From IMG/VR virus record IMGVR_UViG_3300005190_000020: a DNA stretch of 64,000 nt. The stretch is one strand, 5' to 3'. Source of the DNA: a virus. The translations under genes and the position numbers were made by a program. Positions 62,383 through 64,000 of the stretch are shown one piece after another (the stretch's first letter is position 1; every line of letters begins with the position of its first letter). The notes beneath the pieces are model-generated. The model ran no database searches and was not told the origin of the DNA. It saw only the letters and a list, made by a program, of their open reading frames with translations.

Positions 62383-63315
62383 TTACTTTACCAATCGTTT
62401 GTAGCGGGGTTCTCTGAGTTTACCGTTTTTACTTCTCTCTAAATAGCTTACTTCTACTTCCGCCGTGTCGCCGTCTTCGATTTCCTGTCTAACCTGTTCA
62501 CTTACCCTGCCGTTCACGGTAAACCTGTGGTTGTCATCGTGGTCGTCTTCACCGATTACGGTTATTCCTTTGTCATGTTCTTCGTATTGGCTACATGTCA
62601 GTATGGTATCCTTAATGTTTTTAACCTTTCGCCATGTAGGGGTGCGTCCTTCGGGGTATCGGCTTTCCGGCTTCTTCAATATTACTCCTTCCATCTTGTT
62701 TTCTGTTACTTCGTTCCAAGCCTTGTTAAAGTTATCGTATCTTTTGCTTATAGTTACTTCGTCACCTAAGCCTTCTACAACTGTCTTTAACAGTTCTCTG
62801 CGTTTTTCTATCGGCATGTCTCTCACATTTTCTCCTTTGTATCTTAATATGTCAAATGCTACAAACTGTGCTGAGTATTGTTTCATCTTCATTTTTTGTT
62901 TAAAGTTTTTCCGTCCACTTTTTCGTAGGACTGGTTTGCCTCCGTCTCTTTTTTGTAGCACATTTTTGTTGCCGTGTGGGTGTAGTTCGTCTGTTACTAT
63001 TGTTTCTCCGTCTAAGACTACTCCTTTGGGTAGAGCTATTTCTTTTGTTATCTCTGGAAAATGTCTTGTTTTGTTTGTTCCTCTTTTGTTGTGTAGTTCT
63101 GTTCCTGTATCTGTTCCCATCAGGAATTGTCTTGTGCCGTCATATTTCAAGGATACATACCAGTCTTTATATTTTTCACTATTTTTGACTGTTTCTACAT
63201 CTGCTTGTTTAGGTTTCGCATAACCTTCGATTTTACCAGTTTTCATATTGTGTTTCCTCTGTGTTAAGGTTGAAGTTCTGTGGGTTTGGTCGGGTTGTGC
63301 GTATTCATCTATCAT
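62383..63315 (-). CDS. lig: ATP-dependent DNA ligase (minimal, ~310 aa)
   Basis: Motif I KYDGTR, motif III VLDGE, motif IV EGVILK, motif V WRKVK in canonical order. Confidence 0.8.
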   Translation of the reverse strand: MIDEYAQPDQTHRTSTLTQRKHNMKTGKIEGYAKPKQADVETVKNSEKYKDWYVSLKYDGTRQFLMGTDTGTELHNKRGTNKTRHFPEITKEIALPKGVVLDGETIVTDELHPHGNKNVLQKRDGGKPVLRKSGRKNFKQKMKMKQYSAQFVAFDILRYKGENVRDMPIEKRRELLKTVVEGLGDEVTISKRYDNFNKAWNEVTENKMEGVILKKPESRYPEGRTPTWRKVKNIKDTILTCSQYEEHDKGITVIGEDDHDDNHRFTVNGRVSEQVRQEIEDGDTAEVEVSYLERSKNGKLREPRYKRLVK

Positions 63316-63453
63316 CTTAACACTTTTGAAATAGCTTTTTTGAGTTTTTCGTATTTTTCTTTGTCGCTTCTTTCAAGTTCTTCTGTTGTTAGGATTGATT
63401 TCATAAATAGCCGTTCCGTGAATTGAACACGGACGGTGGCTTCCAAGCACGGC

Positions 63454-63735
63454 TCAGTTAGGTGGTCGTTCTTCTTGGATTTCTGCGTACTGGTATTTTT
63501 CTACTGCTTCTTCGAATGTGTTTACTCCTTCGTCACTTGTCAGTTCTGTGATTATATCCTCTCCATCTATGAAGTCTGCTACTTTCAATAGTTCTTCTCT
63601 TTCTGTACTTGTTATCCAGTAGTACCCTACTTGGTCTTCGTAAATGTCGCCTACTTCTTGTTTAAGTTTTTCCATTTCTTCGTTGAATGTTGCTTTAACC
63701 CAATAAGGGTTGTCGGTGTGTAGCTTGTATGTCAT
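63454..63735 (-). CDS. hypothetical protein (93 aa)
   Basis: ORF. Confidence 0.35.
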   Translation of the reverse strand: MTYKLHTDNPYWVKATFNEEMEKLKQEVGDIYEDQVGYYWITSTEREELLKVADFIDGEDIITELTSDEGVNTFEEAVEKYQYAEIQEERPPN

Positions 63736-63995
63736 AATACTGCCTCTAATTTGTCTTCTGCTTCCTGTTGCTCTGCTTCTTCCTGCTCTGTCTCCACATC
63801 AAGTTCTTCGCCGTTCATCTTCTTTTCAATTGCTTCTTCGATTTTCTCCCTTTGGTCGTTTACAATTCTGTCGGTTTGATTGTTTTCTTCTACTTTCTCG
63901 ATAAAGGATTCGGCTTTTTCTTGAAGGTTCTCATTAAGTTCCTCAATTTCTACATCGGCTGTTTCAAATCCTTCTGGATAAACCATCTGTGACAA
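63732..63995 (-). CDS. hypothetical acidic coiled-coil protein (87 aa); may continue beyond window
   Basis: ORF. Confidence 0.3.
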   Translation of the reverse strand: MSQMVYPEGFETADVEIEELNENLQEKAESFIEKVEENNQTDRIVNDQREKIEEAIEKKMNGEELDVETEQEEAEQQEAEDKLEAVL

Positions 63996-64000
63996 CCATA

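Noticed and set aside
1-64000. Stop-codon reassignment linked to the aRF1-like gene and a possible UUA-anticodon reading of the intron-bearing tRNA (9086-9220)
   Set aside because: Long ORFs terminate with TGA, TAG and TAA alike under the standard code, and the putative UUA loop (ACTTAAC) has a non-canonical C33; no evidence of recoding.
1-64000. CRISPR arrays or tandem direct-repeat arrays
   Set aside because: None seen; the only recurring short sequences are the promoter motif, the GTTACTTCGG element family and the (CA)5 element.

Overview
This window reads as part of a haloarchaeal virus or mobile-element genome. The proteins are strongly acidic (D/E-rich), which points to a halophilic host. 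The replication and recombination set is archaeal in type: PCNA, RadA, an Hjc-like resolvase, an ERCC4/Hef-like nuclease, a B12-type class II RNR, thymidine kinase and an ATP-dependent DNA ligase. Almost all genes are on the minus strand. Most are preceded at -20 to -45 nt by a conserved TATA-type motif (consensus GGTGTTTAACTTTTATAAACC on the plus strand). nt 6139-13551 is a tRNA island: 25 canonical tRNA genes on the minus strand, plus a type-II-like tRNA of unresolved anticodon (13057-13140), interleaved with four HNH endonucleases and an ERCC4 nuclease; further loci there look disrupted. Three tRNA-Leu genes lie elsewhere. Beyond that the window contains: a family of conserved tRNA-associated elements ending in GTTACTTCGG, found with intron-like insertions and with apparently permuted or split tRNA halves; an RNA-repair-like gene cluster (class II CCA-adding enzyme with HD domain, RNA-ligase-like nucleotidyltransferase, CX5R phosphatase, vWA/Ro60-like protein); a virus-encoded aRF1-like release factor directly downstream of tRNA-Leu(UAG); an E1-like/JAB gene pair; three free-standing LAGLIDADG homing endonucleases; GlmS; and two ORF-free GC-richer regions with their own promoter motifs that are candidate structured RNAs. 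All calls are from reading the sequence and the ORF track by hand. No searches or structure predictions were run.
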